Assembly (NCBI GenBank): GCA_964427735.1
Contig: CAYRUS010000001.1
Location: 602,201 to 666,200, forward strand
Direction of reading: 5' to 3'
Length of the DNA stretch: 64,000 bases
From: an uncultured Gammaproteobacteria bacterium
GTDB taxonomy: Bacteria > Patescibacteriota > Microgenomatia > UBA8517
Within the stretch, counting starts at the first letter, position 1, and the number at the start of each line of letters is the position of its first letter. Under the pieces are notes generated by a model that saw nothing but the letters and a program-made list of their open reading frames with translations, was not told the DNA's origin and made no database searches. Position numbers and translations under genes: made by a program. Below, in pieces: positions 26,677 to 36,685 of this stretch.

Positions 26677-27978
26677 TTACTCAAAGCCTATTATCTGGTG
26701 AGCATTTTTAAATGGGTTAATACCTGTGGTTTCTTTTAATATGTGTAAATTTTTATTTAATTCACTCGCATTTATCCTCAGATATTTTTCTGCAATTGCT
26801 TGATTATCAAATAACGCTTCCACTACTTCTAGCCTAATTGTTTGGAAAAAACTTTGTAATAGGTGATTGGTACAATTTAAATTAAAAGCCGCGATTTTTA
26901 AATTTGCTTCTAAAATTGTGTTATCTCTACTTATTATTTTGCTTTTTGACTTATTGTCTCGACTCTTCCGTGCATTTTTTGCTGTCCTTATAAATTGCAT
27001 ATATTCATTTGCATGAAGACAGGCCTCAATTAGTATTGAATAATTTATATTTTTTAGCCTTATTTTTTCACCCGTTGATAGACTATATATCTCAAGGTCC
27101 AAATTAGGGTTATCACTATCCCTGTATTTTGAATAGATATCTCCCGAAGTGTTAAGGTGCACAATAGTTTCATTAATTTCTTTAATTGTTCTTTGCTGAA
27201 AATTATTTATGTTAGGGAATTTCTTTGCAGTTAGGGGTACGAAAACAAATCTTGCTATTGAAAGTTGGAGAATTGGTTCGTGCAAATTTGTTGGAAATGT
27301 AATTTTATCTTCTATGATGCTTGTAGGAGTTAGTCTGTCAATTACTAAGGCAAGAGGTATTTTATCTAAGAATTTTTTTCCGGAAGAATAGTAAGGATAT
27401 AAGTTTACAGCTGTTGCCACCTCAAATTGAGTGGTTTGATAATAATTTAATTTTTCTAATAGAAGCCTGATTGCAGAAAGGGCAGTAAAAATAATCACTG
27501 ATTTATCTTTAGCTTTATGAAAATCAAGACTTGAATAGTATTTTACGATTTCATTTTTTATTTTTTCTTCCTCTCGTCCTAGGTTTCCCTTTTTCTTTGA
27601 TTTTGTGTCGGCTAATTCTTGAAGCCAATAGCCATTTTTTCTGTGCATATATGCCAACAATTCGTCTATAGAGCTAAAATCAGTGTTATAGATAATTTCT
27701 CTAATATTATGAAGTGCGACTCCTATAATTATTGGTTCAGTAAGTTCTTTCTTTTGTGAATTGTTAGTTTGTTCAATATAGGGTTCATCCACATTCTTTG
27801 GTAGCAAAGAGAGTTTTCTAGGGGATAAACCATGCCGGGCAAACTTGAAGTACTGGTCTAGTGTAATTCTGCAGGCTTCTGGATATTCGATAGTTGGTAT
27901 TTTTTTATGGTCAATTGTTTGTTCTGGAAAAAGTTTATCTGTAAAGCTAAGTTGGTTTGACAAACTTTCACTACCCAT
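26677..27978 (-). CDS. hypothetical 433-aa protein with no recognisable domain
   Basis: A long uninterrupted ORF in an AT-rich genome is unlikely by chance. It is a solitary minus-strand gene between WecB (+) and radC (+). There is a basic stretch (RTAKNARKSRDNKSKSK) but no Walker, NTase, HEPN or nuclease motif. Confidence 0.55.
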   Translation of the reverse strand: MGSESLSNQLSFTDKLFPEQTIDHKKIPTIEYPEACRITLDQYFKFARHGLSPRKLSLLPKNVDEPYIEQTNNSQKKELTEPIIIGVALHNIREIIYNTDFSSIDELLAYMHRKNGYWLQELADTKSKKKGNLGREEEKIKNEIVKYYSSLDFHKAKDKSVIIFTALSAIRLLLEKLNYYQTTQFEVATAVNLYPYYSSGKKFLDKIPLALVIDRLTPTSIIEDKITFPTNLHEPILQLSIARFVFVPLTAKKFPNINNFQQRTIKEINETIVHLNTSGDIYSKYRDSDNPNLDLEIYSLSTGEKIRLKNINYSILIEACLHANEYMQFIRTAKNARKSRDNKSKSKIISRDNTILEANLKIAAFNLNCTNHLLQSFFQTIRLEVVEALFDNQAIAEKYLRINASELNKNLHILKETTGINPFKNAHQIIGFE

Positions 27979-28041
27979 AACTTTGTAACTTTAACATATT
28001 TATACGCTGTTGACATTTGTTCAAAAATAGTAAGATTAAGT

Positions 28042-28710
28042 ATGGTAAAGATAAAAGATTTACCTAACTTCAAAAGACCTAGGGAAAAATTGATTGAAAA
28101 TGGACCTTCTGCATTAAGCGATAATGAATTATTAGCAATTCTGCTTAGATCAGGTTACAAAAAGCTATCCGCTATTGATTTGGCTAAGAAGGTTTTAAAG
28201 AAAAAAACTCTAGTCCGTCTTAAAAACACATCTTTTGAGGAGTTGGTTAATATAAAGGGAATTGGGATTTCCGGTGCTTCGAGTATTATTGCTGCATTTG
28301 AGATTTCAAATAGGGTTTCCAATCAAAAAACACTTTTAACGGTAAAGTCCCCTGGGGATGTCTTAAAAGTTACTAGTAATCTACGAAACAAAAAAAGAGA
28401 ATACATGGTTGCTTTGTATTTAAATGCAAAATCTGAGCTAATTAAAAAACAAATTATATCAATTGGTACGCTTACAGAAAGCTTAGTTCATCCTAGAGAG
28501 GTCTTTGCTCCAGCAATAAAAAATCATGCTGTAAATGTTGTTTTAGTTCATAACCATCCTTCAGGAAATTGTGAACCAAGCAAAGAAGATATTGCTGTTA
28601 CTAGAGCTTTAATAAAAGCAGGTGAGCTGTTAGGAATATCTATTTTGGATCATATAATTTTATCTTCTATGGATGCTATTAGTTTAAGAGAAAAAGGATA
28701 TTTTGATTAA
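28042..28710 (+). CDS. radC: RadC-family JAB/MPN domain protein
   Basis: N-terminal HhH region plus the JAMM motif HNHPSGNCEPSKEDIAVTRAL. Confidence 0.85.
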   Translation: MVKIKDLPNFKRPREKLIENGPSALSDNELLAILLRSGYKKLSAIDLAKKVLKKKTLVRLKNTSFEELVNIKGIGISGASSIIAAFEISNRVSNQKTLLTVKSPGDVLKVTSNLRNKKREYMVALYLNAKSELIKKQIISIGTLTESLVHPREVFAPAIKNHAVNVVLVHNHPSGNCEPSKEDIAVTRALIKAGELLGISILDHIILSSMDAISLREKGYFD

Positions 28711-28782
28711 ACTGTGTTTGTGATAGTAAAATGTATATGTAAAGAAGGTCCTTTATAAACTTACAATCCAAAATCTGCTAGA

Positions 28783-31404
28783 ATGACCTCTACAATGAAA
28801 AAGCCTTCTGTCCGAGAATTTACAACTCCGATGATGCAGCAGTATAGCGAGATTAAAAAGCAGCATCATGATAGTCTTCTTTTTTTTAGAATGGGTGATT
28901 TTTATGAATTATTTCTTGATGATGCAAAAGTAGGAGCAAGAGTTTTAGGCATAACTTTAACACGAAGACCGAGAGGAAAAGATGGTGATATTCCAATGGC
29001 CGGTGTTCCATATCACGCAGCAGATAGCTATATAGCAAAATTGGTAAAAGCAGGATTTAAAGTTGCAGTTTGTGAGCAAGTAAGCGAACCAGACAAAAGA
29101 GGGATAGTCGACAGAGAAGTTGTGAGAATTGTAACTCCAGGTACAGTTATGGATGAAAAGGCTTTAGAGCAAAGAGAAAACAACTTTACAATCAGTCTTT
29201 ATTATGATGATCGAAGCATTGGAATTGCAATAGCAGACATTTCTACTGGTGATTTTCAAGTAAGTGAGTTTCCACTTGGAGGTAACTTTAAAGAAATTGT
29301 GTTAAGAGAAATTGCAAATATTTTACCTTCTGAATGTATTTTAAATGAGGAAATGTATAACAACGCAGAATTATTAAAAATTCTTTCTTCATTTAGTATT
29401 AATGTTTTTAAATACGAGGAATGGGATTTGCATGCACGTGATGGAGACAAACTACTAAAAAAGCATTTTAGTGTTAAAGATTTAGGAGCTTTTGGCTTAG
29501 AAGGAAAAACAACTGCAATCACAGCTTCTGCAGCTTTACTAGGTTATCTCAAACATACTCAAAAAGAGAAAGTAGGTCACATTAGGAGTGTAAGAATATA
29601 TAATCCAAATGATTACGTTTTATTGGATAGGTCAACAATAGTTAATTTAGAGTTATTTTCAACAATAAGAAACAAAGAAGATAGAGGTTCGTTTGTTAAT
29701 TTAATAGATCAAACACAAACAGCAATGGGTGGTAGACTCTTAAGAGAATGGCTGAAAAGACCATTGAAGAAGAAAAAGGATATTATAAAAAGGCTTGATT
29801 CAGTAGAAGAGTTTTATGACAATCCTCTTTTAAGAAAAAAAATCAGAAAAACACTTAATAATATTTATGATATAGAAAGAATAGTTTCAAGACTTTCAGT
29901 AGGAATGGGACTTGCTGCAGACTTAATCAACTTAAAAGATTCCCTAAAAAATATTTTGTTTCTGAAATCTGCTCTTAAAGATTTTAATACAAGTAAAACA
30001 AAAGAAATCAATAAATCCATCTCTTCAAAACTTATTGACATAATTAGTCTCATTGAAACACATATAAGCGAAGTAGAAAAAAATGGGATATTGATAAATC
30101 CCGGTGTGAATAAAAAACTGGATCAGCTAAGAAAAATAACTTTAAAAAGTAAGGACTGGATAATTAATTTGGAACAAAAAGAGAAACAAAAAACAGGAAT
30201 TTCAAGTTTAAAAGTTCGTTTTAATAAAGTGTTCGGTTACTATATTGAAGTCAGTAAAAGTAATGCCGATTTAGTTCCAGAAAGCTACATTAGAAAACAG
30301 ACATTAGTTAACGCCGAACGATTTGTGACACCTGAGTTAAAAGAGCAAGAAGAAATTATTCTTTCAGCAGAGGAAACAATTCAATTATTAGAACAGAAAA
30401 TATTTAACGAAGTTATAGAAAAATTATTGAGACAGACTGACATGTTACAAAAGGCAGCAGGAGCAATGGCAGAACTTGATTGTCTCACGACATTTGCCCA
30501 AGTTGCCTTTAGAGAAAGATATGTAAAACCTGAAATATCCACAAAAGGGAAGCTAGAAATAACAGAAGGACGCCATCCTGTCGTAGAAAAACTCCTGCTT
30601 GAGGATGATATTCAATTTGTTCCAAATGATGTATATCTGGATCAAAATAAAAACCAATTGCTAATTATTACTGGTCCTAATATGGCAGGAAAGTCTGTTT
30701 TTATTAGGCAGGTTGCATTAATTACTTTAATGGCACATATTGGATCATTTGTTCCAGCAAAAAAAGCAACAATTAGTTTAGTGGACAGAATTTTTGTAAG
30801 AAGTGGAGCTAGCGATGTAATTTCCTCTGGGCTTTCTACTTTTATGGTAGAAATGGTAGAAACTGCACATATTCTAAATCATGCAACCAATAAAAGTTTA
30901 ATTGTTGTTGATGAGATCGGTCGGGGTACAAGTACCTACGATGGAATTAGTATTGCTTGGGCGGTGGCTGAATATATAGTTCGAAACAAAAATATTGCTG
31001 CAAAAACTTTGTTTGCAACTCATTACCATGAGTTAACTCATTTAGAAAAACAATATCCTGATAAAATTAAAAATTATCAAATGGCTGTTGAAGAGGAGAA
31101 TGGAGAGCCAATCTTTTTGCATAAAGTGATTTCGGGTGCAACTCCCCATAGCTACGCTGTTGCTGTGGCAAAACTTGCCGGTGTTCCTGAAGAAGTTACG
31201 AAAATGGCTTTAGAAATTCTTGATTCTTTAGAAGAAAGAGTCGATAAGCCAAAAGCCCAGTGGGAAAATGGTAAAGCCAATATTTATAAACAAATTCATG
31301 AGGAGCTAATAAACCTTGAAGTAAATAAAATAACTGGTATAGAAGCATTAAATAAGCTTTATGAGCTAAAAGAAAAAATAAATGAAGATAAAAATACTGC
31401 CTAA
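28783..31404 (+). CDS. mutS: DNA mismatch repair protein MutS
   Basis: TPMMQQYSEIKKQHHDSLLFFRMGDFYELF at the N-terminus, Walker A GPNMAGKS, and ST(F/Y)xxE / DEIGRGTSTYDG motifs. Confidence 0.95.
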   Translation: MTSTMKKPSVREFTTPMMQQYSEIKKQHHDSLLFFRMGDFYELFLDDAKVGARVLGITLTRRPRGKDGDIPMAGVPYHAADSYIAKLVKAGFKVAVCEQVSEPDKRGIVDREVVRIVTPGTVMDEKALEQRENNFTISLYYDDRSIGIAIADISTGDFQVSEFPLGGNFKEIVLREIANILPSECILNEEMYNNAELLKILSSFSINVFKYEEWDLHARDGDKLLKKHFSVKDLGAFGLEGKTTAITASAALLGYLKHTQKEKVGHIRSVRIYNPNDYVLLDRSTIVNLELFSTIRNKEDRGSFVNLIDQTQTAMGGRLLREWLKRPLKKKKDIIKRLDSVEEFYDNPLLRKKIRKTLNNIYDIERIVSRLSVGMGLAADLINLKDSLKNILFLKSALKDFNTSKTKEINKSISSKLIDIISLIETHISEVEKNGILINPGVNKKLDQLRKITLKSKDWIINLEQKEKQKTGISSLKVRFNKVFGYYIEVSKSNADLVPESYIRKQTLVNAERFVTPELKEQEEIILSAEETIQLLEQKIFNEVIEKLLRQTDMLQKAAGAMAELDCLTTFAQVAFRERYVKPEISTKGKLEITEGRHPVVEKLLLEDDIQFVPNDVYLDQNKNQLLIITGPNMAGKSVFIRQVALITLMAHIGSFVPAKKATISLVDRIFVRSGASDVISSGLSTFMVEMVETAHILNHATNKSLIVVDEIGRGTSTYDGISIAWAVAEYIVRNKNIAAKTLFATHYHELTHLEKQYPDKIKNYQMAVEEENGEPIFLHKVISGATPHSYAVAVAKLAGVPEEVTKMALEILDSLEERVDKPKAQWENGKANIYKQIHEELINLEVNKITGIEALNKLYELKEKINEDKNTA

Positions 31405-33034
31405 AGACGTTATCTCAAAAATATCTGCAGGAGAAGTGGTTGAAAGGCCATCTTCAGTGGTTAAAGAACTTGTGGAAAATTCCTTGGATGCGAAAGCTTC
31501 TTTTATCAGAATTGAGCTAGAAGATGCAGGGTTAACTAAAATAATGGTGACAGATGACGGGGAAGGAATGGTGAAGGATGATCTTGTGATATCCGTAAAG
31601 CCTCATACCACAAGTAAATTGAATAATAATGATATTCATGAGATTAAACATTTAGGTTTTCGGGGAGAAGCGCTCTCAAGCATCGCAAGTATCAGTAAGC
31701 TAGAGATAAAAAGCAAAGCAAATAGATCAAATAAAGGTGCTTTTCTTGAGATTATAAATTCAAGAGAACAAAACATTTCCTTTGTTGGTATGCCAACAGG
31801 CACAAGTGTTGTTGTCAAAGATCTATTTTCAAATGTACCCGTTAGAAAAAAGTTTTTAAGACGACAAACAACAGAATTAAAAAAAATAACAGATGTTGTT
31901 ACAAAACTTGCATTAGCTCACCCAAAAACAGGTTTTATTTTGTCTCATAACGGTAAAGTAATAATTGAACTTAGAGAGAATCAAAAAAAGAAAGATAGAA
32001 TAAGAGATCTTTTAGGAGAGGATTTTTATTTTCATTTAATGCCAATAAAAGTAAATGGAGAAAGTATTGAGTTGTCTGGGTATATTGGGACTCCACAAAT
32101 TTCTACAAAATCTTCTCATCGACAGTTTTTGTTTGTTAACAATCGTCCTGTAGAAAGTAATTTAATTTCAAGCGTGGTAAAAGAAGCATATGGAAGCTTG
32201 CTTGATCCTCGTGCGTATCCTGCATTTATTCTTTTTATTGAGATACTACCAAGCTTAATTGATGTAAATATTCACCCTAGGAAAGAAGAAGTAAAATTTA
32301 TAAACAAAGAAAATATTGCCCAACTTCTTGAGAATTCCATAAAAGCAACATTAAATAAATACGACTTAACTTTTAGAAAGAGAAGTACTTTTAAAACAGC
32401 AGATTTACAAACTGCGTTTCTTTTAAAAGAAGAAACTACTCCATGGAGTGTTAGAAAATTTAGCAAGAGTGAAGTATTGCAAATACATGATACTTATTTA
32501 GTAATGCAGTCAGATGAGGGAATGATGATTCTAGATCAGCACGCAGCTCATGAGAGGATTTTGTATGAACAGTTTTTGGAAAAATTTGAAACAAGGAAGA
32601 AAGATACTTTTAAATTAAAAAAGCCTGTTTTGTTTGAGTTACCCGTTTCAGAGGCAGTTATTCTGGAAGAAAGTCTAGATATCTTAAAGAAGTTAGGCTT
32701 TTCAATGGAAGATTTTGGAAAGAGATCATTTAAAGTGAGTTCTGTCCCAGAAATTTTTAAAACAAGGGATATTTTTGGTTTGATTTCAGAATTTGTTAGT
32801 GACTTGGCAATGGAGAAAAAGCCAGATAGTTTAGACGAGAAATCAAGGCTCACAATATCTTATTTGTCTTGTAGAAGTGCAATTAAAGCAGGTGATAAGC
32901 TAAGTAAAAAGGAGCGCGAAAGTCTTATAAAAAAACTATCAAAAACAAAAACAAACTATACATGTCCGCATGGAAGACCTGTAAGAGTAGAAATCCCAAA
33001 AGATGAATTAGAAAGGATGTTTAAGAGAAGGTAA
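31382..33034 (+). CDS. mutL: DNA mismatch repair endonuclease MutL
   Basis: GHKL ATPase N-terminus (ISAGEVVERPSSVVKELVENSLDA) and a C-terminal dimerisation/endonuclease region. It overlaps the mutS 3' end by 23 nt. Confidence 0.95.
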   Translation: MKIKILPKDVISKISAGEVVERPSSVVKELVENSLDAKASFIRIELEDAGLTKIMVTDDGEGMVKDDLVISVKPHTTSKLNNNDIHEIKHLGFRGEALSSIASISKLEIKSKANRSNKGAFLEIINSREQNISFVGMPTGTSVVVKDLFSNVPVRKKFLRRQTTELKKITDVVTKLALAHPKTGFILSHNGKVIIELRENQKKKDRIRDLLGEDFYFHLMPIKVNGESIELSGYIGTPQISTKSSHRQFLFVNNRPVESNLISSVVKEAYGSLLDPRAYPAFILFIEILPSLIDVNIHPRKEEVKFINKENIAQLLENSIKATLNKYDLTFRKRSTFKTADLQTAFLLKEETTPWSVRKFSKSEVLQIHDTYLVMQSDEGMMILDQHAAHERILYEQFLEKFETRKKDTFKLKKPVLFELPVSEAVILEESLDILKKLGFSMEDFGKRSFKVSSVPEIFKTRDIFGLISEFVSDLAMEKKPDSLDEKSRLTISYLSCRSAIKAGDKLSKKERESLIKKLSKTKTNYTCPHGRPVRVEIPKDELERMFKRR

Positions 33035-33037
33035 TTA

Positions 33038-34336
33038 ATGAGAGAATTAATTGTTGATCTTCATATTCATTCTCATTTCTCAAGGGCAACGAGTAAATTG
33101 ATGAATATCGAAAGCCTTTATTCCTGGGGAAAAATTAAAGGAATAAATGTTATTGGGACAGGGGATTTTACACATCCTTTTTGGTTTAAAGAGCTAAAGG
33201 AAAAATTAGAACCAGCTGAAGATGGTTTATTTAAATTAAAAGACGAATATGCAAAAGTGCAGGATAAGCAACTTCCCAAAAGCATCCAAAAAAATTTAAT
33301 TCGATTTGTACTTACTGTCGAGATAAGTAACATTTATAAGCGTCATGGTGTAGCAAGAAGACTCCACAATGTAATTATCATGCCGACGTTTGATTCTGTG
33401 TTTAAATTTAATGCAAAGTTGTCGCAAATTGGTAATTTAATGGCAGACGGCAGGCCTATTTTGGGAATGGATAGCAGGGATCTTTTGGAAATATCTCTAA
33501 CTGTTGATAAAAACTCTCTTTTTATTCCGGCTCATATCTGGACACCATGGTTTGCTATGTTTGGTTCTAAGTCGGGATTTGATTCAATAAAAGAAGCATT
33601 TGGGGATATGGCTAGTGAGATAAAGGCTGTTGAAACAGGACTATCTTCTGATCCTTATATGAACTGGAGACTTTCCCAGCTTGATGGAATAACATTGGTA
33701 TCAAATTCTGATGCTCATTCTCCTGCAAAGCTTGGTAGAGAAGCAAACATAATTAGTTGTGCCTTAAGCTATTCAGAAATCATTGATGCAATAAAAACTG
33801 GCGATAAGCGTTTTGTTGGGACTATAGAGTTTTTCCCAGAGGAAGGAAAGTATCATTATGATGGTCACCGTGTGTGCAAAGTGCGTTTTGCTCCAAAAGA
33901 TACAAAAAAATTAAAAGGTATTTGTCCTGTATGTAATAAACCGTTGACCGTAGGGGTTGACTACAGAGTGGATGAACTAGCAGATCGTGAAGTTGGATAT
34001 ACACCTCAAAAGCAAAAAAAAGTTGAGTATATTATTCCTTTAGTTGAGATGATTGCAGAAGTGAAAGGAGTGAAGAGTGTTAATTCCAAAACCGTCCAGA
34101 ATTTTTATGAACAAATGTACACAAAGTTAGGTGATGAGTTTTCAGTGCTGAGAATAGTACCACTAGAAGACATAAAAAAACAGGGGTTTGAAAAAATGGC
34201 ACTAGTGATTGATAAAATGAGAAGAGGAGAAATACATATTGAACCAGGATATGATGGAGTTTACGGTGTGATTAAAGTTTTTAAGGGGAATGGTGAACTT
34301 GATGAAAAGGTTGATCCTCAGATGAAGTTAATATAA
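33038..34336 (+). CDS. endonuclease Q-like PHP-domain protein (COG1379/TIGR00375 family)
   Basis: The N-terminus VDLHIHSHFSRATSKLMNIESLYSWGKIKGINVIGTGDFTHPFWFKELKEKL matches the EndoQ family signature. A C-terminal Cys cluster (CKV...CPVCNK) is present. The gene starts 4 nt after mutL. Confidence 0.7.
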   Translation: MRELIVDLHIHSHFSRATSKLMNIESLYSWGKIKGINVIGTGDFTHPFWFKELKEKLEPAEDGLFKLKDEYAKVQDKQLPKSIQKNLIRFVLTVEISNIYKRHGVARRLHNVIIMPTFDSVFKFNAKLSQIGNLMADGRPILGMDSRDLLEISLTVDKNSLFIPAHIWTPWFAMFGSKSGFDSIKEAFGDMASEIKAVETGLSSDPYMNWRLSQLDGITLVSNSDAHSPAKLGREANIISCALSYSEIIDAIKTGDKRFVGTIEFFPEEGKYHYDGHRVCKVRFAPKDTKKLKGICPVCNKPLTVGVDYRVDELADREVGYTPQKQKKVEYIIPLVEMIAEVKGVKSVNSKTVQNFYEQMYTKLGDEFSVLRIVPLEDIKKQGFEKMALVIDKMRRGEIHIEPGYDGVYGVIKVFKGNGELDEKVDPQMKLI

Positions 34337-34394
34337 TAAATACTAGGCAGCGGAAATAATGCAGATTATATGCGGAAAAAGTTAGTCTAATAGT

Positions 34395-34748
34395 TTACAA
34401 ATGTTCATTTAATGCCACAGCAAGCTCATTTATTTCCAATGGTTTGGGTATAAAATAATCTGCTCCTGCTTTATAAGCAGAAGAGTTAACAGAAGAATCA
34501 GACGACATTAAAATAACCGGTATATTAAGGTGTTCTTTTATTTTTGAACAAACTTTCCTTCCGTCTGCAAAGCCAAGAAAAACATCAAGAAGAACAATAT
34601 CTGGATTATCCTCGGTATTGAATAATTCTTTTTTTATACAGTTAATGCTGCTACATTTTCGCACGTTAAAACCCGTCTCTTTTAATAAGAGTTACAAGAG
34701 CTCTGCTATGTTTGGATCGTCTTCAACTATAAGTACGTTTTTTTCCAT
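34395..34748 (-). pseudogene. CheY-like single-domain response regulator interrupted by an in-frame TAA at codon 19
   Basis: The minus-strand ATG at 34746-34748 gives MEKNVLIVEDDPNIAELL, then TAA at 34692-34694. The same frame continues LLLKETGFNVRKCSS...DIVLLDV...MSSD...PKP to 34395. All receiver-domain catalytic residues are otherwise intact. The stop aligns with a Lys in the intact paralog 38619..38978. Confidence 0.6.
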
Positions 34749-34856
34749 AAATGTTATAGTAAACAAGAATGTTGGAGAACAATATAAAACATCGTAAGAA
34801 AGGAGTGATATTTAGCCTAAATAACTGCTTAAACTTATGGTTTTGAATTTTACCGT

Positions 34857-35438
34857 TTGCTTATTTATACTATTTCCATGCAAGAACAGTATTTTCCCGA
34901 AGGTTTTAGTCTAGAAGAGATAGAAAAGTTAAAGCAGGAAGTTGTTAAGTTTAGAGATATTGCTCCTTTATCAAATGTTCCTGAAGTATACCCCAAAGCA
35001 TTGTTCAAATTATTAGATGTTGACGAGCTTCCTGAAAATCGTACCCAGAGACTAAAACTTTATGCCAATGTGGCCGAAAGATTATTTGAACAGGAATTTG
35101 AATACGATGTTGGATTATTTGCAGTTAACTACGCGTTAGCAGTTTCAAGTATGAAAGTCTTAATCAATCTAGAGATTCAACACACAAGCTTTAAAAGAAG
35201 TTATAATTTTACGAAATCAATTACAGGATTTATTGATAAAGAGGTAGAGAGAGAACTAAATCGACTCGAAAAAAATATCGATCGAGTTAATGTAATAGCC
35301 TATGATGCGATAGGCACATGTATCCTGGCAGAAAAGTTTGTTGAATCAAGTGTTCTAGAAAAAACAAGTAAGTTTGTTGAAAACTATTTTTCTGATTTGG
35401 AGAACAAAAGAAGACTGGAAAGAATTGTTTCGAAATAA
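34857..35438 (+). CDS. hypothetical protein
   Basis: 193-aa ORF, mainly helical by composition. No family recognised. Confidence 0.4.
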   Translation: MLIYTISMQEQYFPEGFSLEEIEKLKQEVVKFRDIAPLSNVPEVYPKALFKLLDVDELPENRTQRLKLYANVAERLFEQEFEYDVGLFAVNYALAVSSMKVLINLEIQHTSFKRSYNFTKSITGFIDKEVERELNRLEKNIDRVNVIAYDAIGTCILAEKFVESSVLEKTSKFVENYFSDLENKRRLERIVSK

Positions 35439-35509
35439 CAAATTAATTTAAAGTATTACAGAAAACATGCTACGAAGTTAAATAGATAAAGGTAACATAT
35501 AAAGAAAAT

Positions 35510-36613
35510 TTACAATCTTTCTTTGATAAACTCCTGAACTACACTAAAATCATTCATTCCGGCTCTAGGGATGAGGATAAATGCACCACCTGAACTGGTT
35601 GAGGCGTTAAGTACATTTTGGTCGGTTAACTGAATATCTGTAACCTCATATTTATCCTGATCCACAAATACTTTAGCCAAAGAAAGTGCTGTTGAAAGGT
35701 CAATATTTGTTTTATGGAATCTTTGCAGTTTTCCGTATAAATCTTTTGTTTTTGTCAAAGCTTCTAAGGATATTAATTTATTTTTAATACCTACCAGTAA
35801 TGCAAATTGACGTTGGCTTCTAGAAAAGTCTCCACCGTGTTGTCCTGAATGTCTAGATCTTGCGAATTTAAGAGCTGTTGCACCATCCATTTTAGTTGTT
35901 CCTTTATCAAACTTTAAGAGCTCATAACGGCAAGGAAATTGTTTTTGTAATTCAAAACCAGAGTATTTTCTGCTAACTTCACCTACTTCTTCAGGAGTCA
36001 TTCCACAGGTTTCAAGCTCTTTTCCTTTGGCAGGATACCAGTGGTCTTCAAATGCTACAGGTACATCTACTTCTATACCACCTAAATTATTAATAATTGT
36101 TTCAAACTGACCAAAGTCAACAGATATATAATAATCAATATCAAATCCAACTACGTTAGAGATTACGTCTTTGGCTAGATTTCCTGCACCGTGTTCTCCT
36201 TTGTATTTTTCGTTTTTTTGAGGGTTATTTTTATCATCTGCACCAATTGCATGGGCAAAATTGATTTTATTCTGAACAGGTTTTGATCCTACAGGAATTT
36301 CTACCCATAAATCGCGGGGGACAGAAATAAGAGCAATCTTTTTGTTTACTCTATCAATACGAGCAACAATTTGTGTGTCCGAGAGAGTTCCTCCTGGGTG
36401 TCCTAAACCTCCATACCCAATAAATAAAACAGAAAAAACATCTTTGTCTATTTCTTCAGTTTCCTGTGCTTCGACTTCATTAACTACTTCTTGATGTGAC
36501 GACGGGGAGCTGTTTGATTTTATGTAGCTAAATATTCCAAAACAGATCGCAAAAAGAAAAAGTGCTATTGCTGAACCAATAAGTGATTCTTTTTTGTTAG
36601 GCAGGCGTTTCAC
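35510..36613 (-). CDS. LytR-CpsA-Psr (LCP) family protein
   Basis: N-terminal TM anchor, then LCP core motifs VLFIGYGG...DTQIVARID...ISVPRDLWVEIPV...NKINFAH. Confidence 0.85.
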   Translation of the reverse strand: MKRLPNKKESLIGSAIALFLFAICFGIFSYIKSNSSPSSHQEVVNEVEAQETEEIDKDVFSVLFIGYGGLGHPGGTLSDTQIVARIDRVNKKIALISVPRDLWVEIPVGSKPVQNKINFAHAIGADDKNNPQKNEKYKGEHGAGNLAKDVISNVVGFDIDYYISVDFGQFETIINNLGGIEVDVPVAFEDHWYPAKGKELETCGMTPEEVGEVSRKYSGFELQKQFPCRYELLKFDKGTTKMDGATALKFARSRHSGQHGGDFSRSQRQFALLVGIKNKLISLEALTKTKDLYGKLQRFHKTNIDLSTALSLAKVFVDQDKYEVTDIQLTDQNVLNASTSSGGAFILIPRAGMNDFSVVQEFIKERL

Positions 36614-36685
36614 TTGGAGTATATTAACTCTGATTTATGTTAGTTGCAAGTTTTTATACAAGTTTAAATAAAGTAAAATATCTGA

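Noticed and set aside
34692-34694. Stop-codon reassignment (TAA as sense) to explain the interrupted response regulator
   Set aside because: TAA terminates many clearly complete genes here, for example mutS, mutL and the DUF2200 gene. TGA is also used as a stop (DUF488 gene), so the window uses the standard bacterial code.
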